Shown: positions 1-12,500 of the stretch, in pieces
How the letters are laid out: each line of letters opens with the position of its first letter
Position numbering within the stretch: the stretch's first letter is position 1
Origin: Sphyrna mokarran
Lineage: Eukaryota
Length of the DNA stretch: 64,000 nucleotides
Assembly: GCA_024679065.1 (NCBI GenBank)
Contig: JAGIQG010000009.1
Coordinates: forward strand, 99,634,001 to 99,698,000
Direction of reading: 5' to 3'
Translations under genes and position numbers: made by a program
The notes under the pieces: model-generated
The model's database searches: none
What the model was told of the DNA's origin: nothing
Seen by the model: only the letters and a program-made list of their open reading frames with translations

Positions 1-2200
1 GCCTCACATTCGTAACCTCGGATCCTTGTTGACTCCATTATGGAAAATTCATTTAGGCTCAGTACCCCGCCCGTCCTCAATAATGATCATTTATTTTCCT
101 TAAGTGGACATTCCATTCTTTGAAATCACGAATTTTCTCTACACGTCGTCCACTCTTAGGCAGCAAATTTTAAGATCCCTCCAACAAATCTTGCTTCAGA
201 ACCATATTTTCTCCTTGTTCGTGTATGGTCAGGAAAGTTAGCACCTCCTTTTTTTACCAAAACTAAACATGACGTAAAATGTGACACTATCAAATACTCC
301 CATTATCTTTCCTAATACAACAATAATAATATTTTTGTCATTAAAATTATATACCTAAAACCACTGTGCCCAGTATACTTCATGTGCATGGTCTCATTTC
401 CAAAGTCCGCTGACCAAAACTCATCTCATTAAGTTAATTTTGGTATAATCAGAGATTTATAAATATTCAGTATTAACTTATGAAGCTGTTTTTGTTTCCC
501 CTCGCCAATCCATCAACACGTCCGTCATATTGAAACATCTGTTCATACTTCCACCTTTTCATGGGAAATACCAATGTCTACCATTCTCCAGTCACAGAAG
601 TTAATTTTCTGAAAGTCAATGTTTTATCGCCATAAACCATTTTTAAAAATCGAATCAAGCAATGGCGCTCATTTCCCCTGAACTTTCAGTTTTCTGTCAA
701 TAATTTTATGTGGCAATTTCTAAATAAAGCTATGTATACGACATCCATGGCATTAACTTCACTCGCTATCTCTGCTACTTTACCAAACATTATCAGTTAA
801 ATTTCTGTGTCAGGATCTGTCATTACTAATTAGCGTCAGCGTTCTTTCGCTCAAAACTTTCCACGTCTCTCTCAAAGTTTGTATACTTATTATTCACGAA
901 GGTTTACCAATCACTGAAGTTAAATCGATTGGCTTGTCATCACTGGGAACATCCGCACACTTTTTCCTGATTTTCCATTCTCCTTCCATTACCATTAGCT
1001 ACGTATCAAGGAAGGTACTAAGATTGCAGGAAGAAATTCCGTTATTTCTTTCTCTCCCTAAGTCTTCTTACCACCCTCCCCCCCCACGACCATTTGGAAT
1101 ATTGCTGTTTCCAGCTGCTCAAGATCAGGTGGCTATGCGATGCTAAGCTTTGCCAGCATATTTAGCGGATTCTGTGGATCATTTTTCGCAGTGTCGACTT
1201 CCTCGCGATGTTAGTAGCTTGTACACACTTTTCATTAGCATATTGTATAATTCAGTTATTAAATGTTCCAGCCATGGCCTGCATCTCTGGGTGTTTAACT
1301 CATTGGTCCCAACTGATCCACCCCACTGCTACCAAAGTATTGATGATTAAGACTTTTTTTAATAGATTCGGATTTATTTTTATATTTTTTGCCATAAATT
1401 TAATTTGTCGCATTCTCCCTTTGCCTGTTTCATTTTTCATCTTCAATTCAACTGTCAAGGATTTTTATTCAGCTTGGAAATGTCTTAACGAATTCAAATG
1501 TCATAACATTATATACAGCCAAAACTGTATTTTTTAAAGAACTTCACAATCTCAAGGAGCCTTGACTTTGATACACTTTTCCCTTGTTCGTATGATACTG
1601 CACCCGTGTGTATGAAAAATCGTCTGTGAAAAGTTTTTTCTATTGTTGCTATCTTTTCTGCCATTCTTTTCCCCACTTTATCTTTGCTGTCCCACTTTCA
1701 CCCAAAAGACATTCCCCCATTACAATTAGATACTTTGCTTCAGATTGTTACTTGATATTCTTCATTCTTTACACGCCATTAAACTATAGTCGCAGGCACC
1801 CAAGTGTTCCCCATTGTAAATTAGTTCACTTAGCCGACTTTATTCCCGAGCGTCTTATCCAGCAGAACCTCTTCAAATGTTGGACGGAGAAAATACTCGT
1901 AAAGGAATTTCTGCTAAGTAGTTTTTGAAACTCCCCCTTTCCCTACGCTTTAAGTTATTGCACACCAGCTCTAAATTCGGGCATGGTCAGAAACCCGCAT
2001 ATTAATACTTCATGGCTCTCAATCCTCTCTCTGATTTCACTGCATATTTACACGCCCATCTGCCGGCAAATAGACCATCTATGGGCATATTTACATAAGA
2101 TTTTGTCTTTCCTGGAGACATGTGCATTCCCAGCTCCCCCATTATATAGTGGGCCACTTGAATTTCTATTGATACCTTCATAGTAGCAGGTATTTTGTGG
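1..2200 (-). mobile_element. Old, heavily degraded CR1 LINE (EN, RT and 3' tail)
   Basis: Minus-strand remnants RPTFEEVLLDKTLGNKVG (EN, ~1.87 kb), PIDLTSVIGK (~0.92 kb), NAMDVVYI (~0.75 kb) and NIYKSLIIPKL (~0.45 kb), in CR1 ORF2 order; many stops. Confidence 0.7.
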
Positions 2201-3315
2201 TTCCTACATTCAGTGCACCACTAGAAACAGGGGTGGCAGCAGATCACATATGCTTTTCTTTCTCTGCAAATTTTCGATTCGCTTGAGGCAGATGTGTTTT
2301 AGAAAGGTCCAATCGTATATCGTTCCGACCTACCTCTGACAATAAAACCTGCCAGTTCCGCAGTTGTGTCTGAAGGCAAGTGATATGTAATATTGTGCAA
2401 GAAATCCCAAAGGAACGCATAACAACCAAATGATTACGAACATATGAGATTAACTCGCACGCAGAATCATAGAATAATAGCATTGAAGAATAGTTGGAGC
2501 AAAGGGCATTGGTGAGTTAAAAATGAAACAGGAGAAGCACATGCGGTAGTTGGGAAATCAATGTTTCGGCGACGTACGTGCCAAACAAGTTGAAATGATT
2601 TTTTTTTGGCCAGAATAGTCTTTGTTGGTGCCGCAAAAATCTATGTAATCACTTATTAAAATAAGTCAATCATATGTTAAAAAATGAGTGCTCTTCCTCA
2701 ATCCCACTGGCAGCCACCGCCCTTTCATGCTGAAGTTTCAGCCATGATTTCCTTCGGACTCCTTTGCGCTGGTCTAATGGTTCCACAGCTCGACACTTAC
2801 CTGCCATTATCATACGATATTGATTTCATACCTATTCCATTAAGTTATCCTAGTGAAAGCAGCTTCTACCTCTCAACCGCGCTTTATTATTTCTTTCGAC
2901 TTCCCTTCCTCCACTGCCTCTCTCTCTCTTATGCATTCATTTCCCGATATCTCTGGCCAATGCTAAAATGCGAATTCAGTTCAGTATTTTTTTCGGATAT
3001 GCCCTTGAACAAAATACACCTGCGCTTCTATGGCTGCAGCGATGTTGAAGAGAAAACAAAACAACATAATTAATTGAGACCTATTTGTTTTTCATTGACC
3101 ACAGATTTTGCGACAGCGGAACAACCTAATTTTACTAACATCAATCATACACAGTTTAATACAACAGTTCGTTTAATTAAAAATGACAATAAAAATTGGA
3201 AAAAGTGAATTAAAATGCGAAATTATCGCAAAGGCCTCTATTCTCCTAGTCCCTGCTGGGCGTCTTAACTTCCATGTTTTGATCCTTACCGCCCCCTGTT
3301 TCTCCTTCTCTCTTC

Positions 3316-3380
3316 GTGTGTGTGTGTGTCTGTGTGTGTGTGCGCACGCACGCATGTATATTTCTTTGTGTGTGTGTGTA
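3316..3380. repeat. Interrupted (GT)n microsatellite
   Basis: gtgtgtgt tracts visible. Confidence 0.9.
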
Positions 3381-3498
3381 TATCATTGCGGCTGTGTATG
3401 TGCCTGTTTTGATGTATGTCCAAATACGCTTGGGTCTCTTGTTGGAGTGGTTGGTTAAGGGAGTCAGGAGTTCCAAAGCCGTCCAGCGCTGACTGCCG

Positions 3499-3538
3499 TT
3501 ATATGACGGGCAATCTGCAGTGCGCGGAAATCAGCTGC
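3499..3538 (-). CDS. Tentative terminal coding exon, phase 2, (R)QLISAHCRLPVI*
   Basis: tttaatgtcattttag|GCAGCTG...ATATAA; phase fits 4362-4398; minus-strand ATTAAA/AATAAA at ~3155-3177 and ~2885. Confidence 0.35.
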
Positions 3539-6500
3539 CTAAAATGACATTAAATATTAGACTTTTCTAAGCCAATTATCCCCATTGATATGCTGCCCAT
3601 ATGGTAACATATCTGGTGTGCTTTCTGCAAACCTCCAAAACCCCGCCCACTCCGTGCGCATGTCCCGAAGCAAGACTAACCCAGAGCAAAACGTCAAAAA
3701 CGGCGTAACAAGACACATGAAATCATATCAACCCAAATTAGGACAATTAAAATAATATACTGTCCGTGTATGTGTATGCACATTTCTGAATAATCTACTT
3801 GCGAGTTCCTTTATCTTTTGAACTGTTGGAAGAAGAAAATATACGGATGCTAAGCATCAAGAAAGTTATTTCTCGGATGAAATATTTTCCCGTGTCACAC
3901 GTACGATATTATTTACTCTAGAATTAAAAAAACGTATGCTTTTCTTTAGCGGTGTCAAATAATGATATACAATATATAAATCTATATAAATATAACATGA
4001 ATCGCAATCATATATGTTAGTATTGATGGGTCCAATAGTTAAGACATCATTTCCTTAAATGTAATTCGAAAGGGGGGACATTAGTACACCTGATCAGCCA
4101 TTGCGCTTTCAGACAGGGCAAACGTTCAGGTGGATAGTGTTTGATCACCTATTTATGTGCAAATCTCAGTCAGATTGTCAATTCCGATTTGAGTAAATGT
4201 GGACGAGATGAATGCTATCTCCAGCTTGTGAATTAATTGCTTATGAATCCTGTAGTAAATATTGCACTGATCAATGTTTTATTGTTGCCCTTTCTTATGG
4301 GGCACAACAGAACACGAAGTGAAAATGAAAATCACAGAATATCACTGACTGTATTGCTCACCGTATGACCGACGGAGTCAGAGAGAACCCGAAACTTTCT
4401 ATAAGAGTGGGAGGCTGCACAGAACGCACGTGACATGACACTGTGCTGCGTGCTAACTTTTCTTGCGGTGTGGAGACTGAATATTTCGGACGTGTAACTG
4501 ACGTAATCAATTCTTTAGCAAGTTTGACCTTCCAACAAAATATCTTTCAGCCGAAATGCAGAGCACACCGTTAAATAACGAATTATTTGGGGTTCGGGTA
4601 GAATTGAGTGCACTGGGTGGTTTGGGTAAATATCTTTCAATCTCTAGATTACTTATGACCCCACTGTTACCGTTTTCTAATATTGTGCAGGCAGCACAAA
4701 ATTAATGGAGACAACGAACTCAACTTATGATTTAAAACAACGGAAGAGTCTCATTTTATTCCAGAGTGCTGGCCTCATAAAGATTTCTTTTCGAGGCAGG
4801 AGAGACACTGTCAGACGCATGCTGCCAATCGTTAAAATATATCAGTCATTAAGTCCTTGCCTAATGACATATTCAAGCAAGTTGAACCCTGTTTCCGATT
4901 TCCATTTGGAAATATTAGAATTAAATATCCCACCAATGTGGCTGAAGAATTAACAAATGTTTAGTTGAATTGCAGGTTGCTGGAGTGCGGAACTCTAATA
5001 TGTTGCTAAATTTCCACAAGAAGGAAAAAAAGAACTAGTTTCATTCCCAGCAATTTCTATGCAATTGTTTCACGGGATCTTAGAATCGTTACATTCCAGT
5101 GAAGATCGTACGCAGTTTTAAAGTTTTGCTGCTTCGCAGAAAGAGCATTCTGTCTCATTCTTCACAACACAATAACACAGGAAGAAGAAGCAGGGGTAGG
5201 CCACCAGGCACTTTAAGCAGGTCCAGCCATTAAATAGGATCATTGAGAATTTTGCTGGCCTCAATATCTTTTCTTCGGCATTTCCACTTGGTCCTCTAAT
5301 CTTATCTACCACATCCTTTCAGATCATTTATTTTCTGAGAGCAAAACAATTCCATTTCAAGTTGGATCGAGCATGCCTTCTCCACATTTTGCTTAAATTC
5401 GTTCCAATCTGTAATAAATTTTTAGGTGAAGCCACTTCCAGACATCACCTTTGACCATTCACTTGTATATTGATATGCTCTTGAGAACGATTTTTTAACT
5501 ATTTGTCTTGAAATCGTGTGCTATCTTCTTCCTTGAAATAATGAGTCAAAAACGTTACCTGAATTCCACATTACATTATACAATGTTTACTGCCCATGTA
5601 TCATTTCATTTTCTTGGAGAGATCTCAGAATATGCTAAGTGAAATCGATGAGAAACTATCTGTAAGTTGGAATTGTTCAGCACCGTGTGAACAAATAGAT
5701 AAAACATGCATTTGTCAAGTAACTCCCTCTGGCTCGGTTTGCAAACACATGTTATAGATTTGGGAGTAGGGTTATTGATTAAATCCCACATATAATGTTT
5801 TTCAGCTTAATTAACTATTTAAAGTTATCTTGATTCTCTGACAATCAAAATTGCATCCAAATATAACTGATTTCTCAAAGAATCGTGAGATTCACCAATT
5901 TGTAGCCGCAGTCTCGCATTTTCTGAAAAAAAAAATTGAAAGATCAAGAAAAAAAATCAATATGCTCATTTCAAATTATTGATCCACAGTAACTACAGTT
6001 GCATTTCCTCCCTCACCAGCGGCAATTTGTAATAGTGGTTTGACAGCACCAGATTTTGGCGAATGCAGTATGTGTTCACTGGGTTTAATCTGAGCCAAAG
6101 TCACTGGATGGAATATTTCTACAGGCAATCGAAACGGAGAAACGGAATTTTGCACGTCACAAATATATCCACCTTACCTTTTCTCAGTGCCTCCGCTGAG
6201 GAAAAATAAACACATACATTTTATTATGAAGGCGAAGTGAATCCATGCGGTGAAAACCTGTTTGTTAATCATTCAGATCCCACTTTGCACCTGTCACATT
6301 AGATCTATAAAATTGGGTGACTTGTGACTGCCATGTTAATGTCCATTGTGTCCATCCTTGGTTTGCCAGATCTATAACATTTGATGCGATTTAATTTGAT
6401 TTATTATTTTCATGTATTTTGCTATACAATGAAAAGCATTATTTATTGCTCTCTATACAGACAAAGCATAACATTCAAGACTACATAGGAGTCAACGAAA

Positions 6501-9500
6501 GGTGAGTGCTCTGAACGCAGTATTACAGCCATTGTTAAAATGCAGAGAAAAATCGGTTTAATATAACGCTAGTTCATTTAAATGTCTGATGACAGCAAGG
6601 ACGCATTTGTCCTTGAGTCCGTTGGTACATGATCTGAGACTTCTGTCTCTTTCTTGAAGGAAGAAGGTGAAAGAAAATATGCCCAGTGTAGGTGGGATTT
6701 CTTTATTATGTATAACATTATTACATACCACAGCAACGAATTTGCAGCAATCTCCAATTCTATAGATTGCACGGCACTTTTGGATACCTGGCATAGCTCT
6801 GGTTTTGCATTTTACAGAATTCAAAAGTTTACAGTTTCATGTCAACAGAACGGCAATTTTCAGAACAAAAGTTTCTGAAATACAACTTAGTAAATAAGTA
6901 TCGATTGTTCATTACAAGTGAATGTACATACAATGCAGCCCATATATCAGAGAGATAAAGTCAAGTGAGGAAAAATGGGAGATGCAATCTCTGCCACCTG
7001 TGCTTGAGACATTCAATTACTTGCAAGGTGTTTCAGCAAATGATTATAGAGAAGGAATTAATTTGCCAACTGGTGCGTCTAGTTTTAACGCCATAATTTT
7101 ATAAAACAATGCAAGGTTGGGCTTCTCTGAAAATTCTTCATAAGAGAAATGGTGCAACGTACATAGAAGAGCTTGAATGTTGATGAGAGAATAAAATATA
7201 TCATTGCCACCTTTCAGAGTTTGTAATCAGTAGCAACAAGTTACCAGTAGAGTTAACAGAATACGCATAATTCAATTTGGCTTCAAGTACAGGTACGTCA
7301 AACTTACAAATTATTGCATTCTTGAAGGAATTGAGTTGATGAGTAAAGTAGATATTTGATGCAGTTTGCAACTATGACAAACTTAGAAATTCTATCAATT
7401 TGTTCGATTTTTTTATTTTAAAAAGGATGAAAAAAACTGATGATTGAACTTTATTTATGAACTACGTTTGAAGAATAAGGTTGTATTTTCGTTGGAACAA
7501 TGGCTGAAAATATATAATTATCATGAGGATACAGGAGGTAATTTGGTGAAATCAACCCGCTTGTTAAATCACAAAGCTTCAAACGCCTCGAAACAATATT
7601 AATTGTGAAATGAATAATGCCTGGTAAAAAACTTTGTGTCAAAAAGTACATTACTAATGGAGAAGAATTAATCTCTGATTTAAAATATGAGCCTCTATGA
7701 TTTGAAAAGGATTATTTTCCCTTTTTGGAAAATGAATTTGTCCTGGAAGACTTTATCAAAGAAAAAAAAACTAAAGCCAGGTTCTTGAAAGTGAAAAATG
7801 GGCAAATATATTAACGGTTGAGATGTTTAAAAATTTGGAATCTGCCCGACTGGACAAATGATGCAGTGCAGAATTCATAGCTGCAGTGGCGCTAATTGAC
7901 GATTTCAAACGTCTTTTTGTAATTGTTTTCAGCCATAGTTCATTTGGTAGCACCATGTAGATTGAAGTCAGATGTTACTGGTTATATCTCAACTTCAGTT
8001 GTTTAAAACTGAAATTTCAGCTGCTAAGCCAGTGCATTACTGAGGGATTTGTATACTATTGCTGGTGACATCTTTTGAAATCCCGGCGCTGTTTCATAAC
8101 TACTTGAAAGGCCAAGCAGAAAAAGAAAGATATCTGTGTAGGTAGGGGGTGGATTGCTAAATGGATAGAAAGATAAATAATACACTGACAGATGAATCGA
8201 CGGAGGGTCAGGCAGACGGACATAGAATGCATGCATGTTTTATGCATATAGGCAATGCATGCCTGGATGGATATATAGATAGATGGATGGATGGATGGAC
8301 AGACAGATGGATGGATCGATGGATGGTTGAATTTATGGTTCAGTCATCCTCGTTACGTTTCACTTATTCTGCTATGTGAAGTATGTCCTTGTTATTCCTG
8401 AGCGTCTTCTCTATTGTTTACTTTAGTAAATCAATTACTATCTTCATACCCATTCACTTTCTCATTGAAACCTGAAGAATGCAACACAGTTGCCTACAAT
8501 TTATCATCATCAAGCTTCTCTGAACACCAAATGGACCACATCAGATACTGCCCTTCCCTTTTTGCACTTCTCTGTCTGACCACTGGAGACGTTGCCGACA
8601 AACTTTCTCTGTTTACTGATTTAATGTGTCAGCTATCTCATTTACGTCACAGCTCTCGTATCATTCCTCTCTTCACTGAGGAATTCAAATGCAAGTTGAA
8701 CAAACACAATACACATTTACGGCTTTCAGCGCATATGCAAGGTTCAAATCCTGCCGTTGCTTGTCATTCTAATTCACAACGTTGCGTCCACACTCATATT
8801 TCTGTACAAGGCCTGCTGCACTCTTCCACATTTGCTGAATGTAAGCTTAAGCATCAAGAAATGAAACGAAAAGAGTCGGATTTGGCGTTTTACTGCGATC
8901 AACGCGTCAGACCTTGAACTTTGTATACAATTCTGATTCATTGTTTGCAACCTGCGTCGTTTTTTAAAGTTTTTTTTTTAACCGAACTGCTCTTAAGGCT
9001 AGACATCTGATTTATTTCTTTACAACAGTCATTACCATTCCATTTGCCTTTCGTTCTATGACACATGTATCGTTTAAACACTCCAGCCTTTATTGGAAAA
9101 CTATTTTCTATCTTCTCCACCTCCAACACCCAACGTCATCAATGCCAACACAATACCTTCCTACAGGATCTCTGAAGAATCGTTCTATTCAACAAGTTAC
9201 TTATGCTTGCCTCTCTGCAGAGTCTTCAGTATTTTCCATACTTTCTGTTTTAACTTTAGGAAGAATGACAAACCATATTCAGGCACTGAAATACGGATGA
9301 TATACAACAGAATGTAAAGAGAAAGTAGAGTGTGAATATGAGCGAATCAAAAACAGAACAGATTTGCTCAACGTCACTGCATGACCTGAAACACATAACA
9401 GAAATAAAGCTAACATGGAATTATTGCCAGCCACCTATTTCAGAAAATAGGTAATTAATTCCCAACCGAACGTTGCAAGTCTCTGCCACAACCTATCACA

Positions 9501-12500
9501 ACCGTTTTGCATACTTACGAGTTTGTACAGCACCTGCAATGATAATCAACTTGATAAGTATTAATACTGATTTCTTCATCGCTTAACGATCCACTTGTCT
9601 ATCTTGATGCATACTTAACTGTGTTACATTTTAACGAGAAAAGTTAAATATATTGCAATATATGTTTAGCCATGTGCTGCATTATTTGTGACTTTGCTCG
9701 ACAGATGATGTGTTGTTCGATAAGTAAATGGAAATTTAAGCACATGGATAGATATGCAGAGAACTGGGTATTTGCAGAGAGATGGATCACAAGTAGATAA
9801 ATTAAAGGCCTTCTGACGCCAAATTTCAGTGAATTCATCTTGAATCGCCAAAAGGTAAGACAAAGTGTGGTTACAGGAGGGTCTTTTTCTGCATGGAGGT
9901 CTGTCACTAGTGAAGTGCCCCAGGCATCTGTTCTGGGACCCTTCCTCTTTGTAATTTTTATAAATAACCTGGATGAGGGAGTGGAGGATTGGGTTGGTAA
10001 GTTTGCTGATGACACAAAGGTTAGTGTATAGTGTGGAGGAATATCAGAAGTTGCAGCGAGTCATTGATAAGATGCAAGACTGGGCAGAGAAAATGTGGAT
10101 GGATTTCAACCCAGATAAGTGTGTGGTGATTCATTTTGGCAGGTCAAATAGGATGACAGATTATAATATTAAGGGTAAAACTCTTGGCAGAGTGTAAGAT
10201 CAGAAGCATCTTGGGGTCCGGGTTCATAGGACATTCAAAACAGCTTCATAGGTAGAGGCTGTGGTTAAGAAGGCGTATGTGCACTGGCATTCATCAATCG
10301 AGTTTAGGAGTCACGAGATAATGCTGTAATTGTATAAGATAGTGGTCATACCCCATTTGGAGTACTGTGCTCAGTTCTGGTCGCCTCATTATAGGAAGGA
10401 TGTGGAAGCCATAGAAAGGGTGCAGAGGAGATTTATCAGATGTTGCCTGGGTTGGATGGCACGTCTTATGAGGACAGGTTGAGAGAGCTCGGTCTTTTCT
10501 CCTTGGAGACGAAAGATGGGAGGTGACCTGATAGAGGCGTATAAGATGTTAAGAACTATTGATCGAGTAGTTTCTCAGATTTTTTTCCCCAAGAATGAAA
10601 TGGTTGCCACTAGGCGACACAGGTTGAGGGTGCTGGGGAGCAGATAGAGAGGAATTGTCAGGGGTACGTTTTTCATTCAGAGGGTGCTGGGTGTGTGGAA
10701 TCGGCTGCTGGCAGTGGTGGTGCAAGCGGATTCGATAGCGTCGTTTAAGAAACCTTTGGATAAGTACATGGAACTTAGTAAGATAGACGGTTATAGGTAC
10801 GCCTAGTAGGTAGGGACATGTTTGGCGCAACCTGAGGGCCGAAGGGCCTATTTGTGCTGGAGGTTTTCTATGTCTCTATGTTTCTAATTGAGAAATTTGA
10901 TCATATAAGTTGTTTATTCAGTCATATAGAACGCCGGCATTTTCTGAGCGCTGTTTTAAAATGTTGCAATTTGAATCTTCAGCGCAATTTCTGCAGCATC
11001 TAAGCTGAGAGACATTGCTTGCATTTCCCTGGCATGCTATGATAATCACTTGTTTGAAACTATTAACTATTATTTTTTTCCTACGAGTTCAGTTAAAATG
11101 TTTGCTTGTATTATATTTTGTTCCTCTGGACAGCACTGTGCCTTTCTTGACCACTCTTTCTCTCTCTGTCATCACACCCAAATGCAAGTGCTGGTGAGCT
11201 AGAGATACTACTTCTTCTGAAACTCAACATGCACAATCACGCCATTCTTAAATAGCGCATAAGTTTTCTCTGTGCAGTAGTCTTCTGTTTCTGTGTTTCA
11301 AAGAAATCCTGGTTTCTAATATCGAGAAATGTCGTTGTCACACTACACTGCCCTCGACAATCACCCAGATCTTCAAGGTGCCATTTCCGTACAGTGGTAG
11401 GCACTCTTTGGAATGCTCTCCATTCAGTATTTTAGCAGCTGGGCAGTATTAAAACAAATGGCAATAAGGATCAGGCGATTTCGGTGGCAACACAAATAAT
11501 TCATGCAAATAAAATATCATAATTTAGATTTAGAATAATGTCTAATTATGCATCCAGCTCAGAACGAGACACAAGACGGACGCTGGAAGAAACATTCTGC
11601 AGGGTTAACCAACACGATTAATTATTTCTTCTTTCAATGCTGCAGTATACAATGTAGCTCTAAATCCAACTGATCATGTTAGTAAAATTATCGTTGAGTA
11701 AATTTATGTGACGAACCGTCATGAAACAAAATAACCTGCCATTGCTATGCAGTCAGCTGACAGAGAAAAAAATACCTATTACTTTATTTTTAATAATAGG
11801 GAGTAAACGATTTAGGCACTTACGTGCTGATTTGACTTCCAAGTCAGCTCCTAACAAAACAAGACACATAGAATGTAATTGTTGCAAAATTGCGGATAAT
11901 TACTCGCTGAATTTCAAGATCGAACCATATTGATCCTTCATCAAGATTCAACGGGGAACGTTTGGCAAAAGGAGTAACGTTTGTATTATTACAGCAAATT
12001 GTACAATTGAATTAACAAAATAAGTGCACGACATTATCTTTTATATGTCGAAAATGAAAAGTTTCCCGGCCTTACAGCAACGACTAATATGTAAATACTG
12101 AGTATCATTTTGTATATCGTCTGAAGGTGCTTCAGTACAAATCTATCAACCAAATCTTGATACCACATCACAGAGGAAACAATATTAAAGTACATAATGT
12201 ATGTAGTTGTTCAGAGCATAATTTATAGTGGATTATGGAATATGTGATTATTCTTGACTTTAAAAGTGATTTTGGAACATTGAATTGATTTTTACAGATG
12301 AGATACGCATGGTATTTCTTTATTAGTTCCAGTCAGTATTGCCAATCGGTGACGCATTCCACTGCTCACAGCTGGAATTTTGATTATATATTTAAGTTGT
12401 AAAATCCCCGGGAGGACATTCCCACAGAACTTTCATCACACTAGCCATTTATAAAATGCCTGCCTGGAGCTAAAATTTAATGAAAAACAACAAATGGAAT

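Noticed and set aside
1150-1230. Apparent CCHC zinc knuckle/gag on the minus strand
   Set aside because: It lies between CR1 EN and RT motifs in the correct order, so it is part of the degraded LINE
6461-6501. Plus-strand exon-like segment (tatacag...AG|gtgagt)
   Set aside because: Falls inside a LINE 3' tail remnant
8024-8099. ITIM-like IVYKSL in a minus-strand ORF
   Set aside because: It needs phase 2, incompatible with the phase-1 chain; a short motif is expected by chance
8414-8917. 167-aa plus-strand ORF, and similar non-ATG ORFs such as 56693-57208
   Set aside because: No recognisable domain or splice context; consistent with chance ORFs
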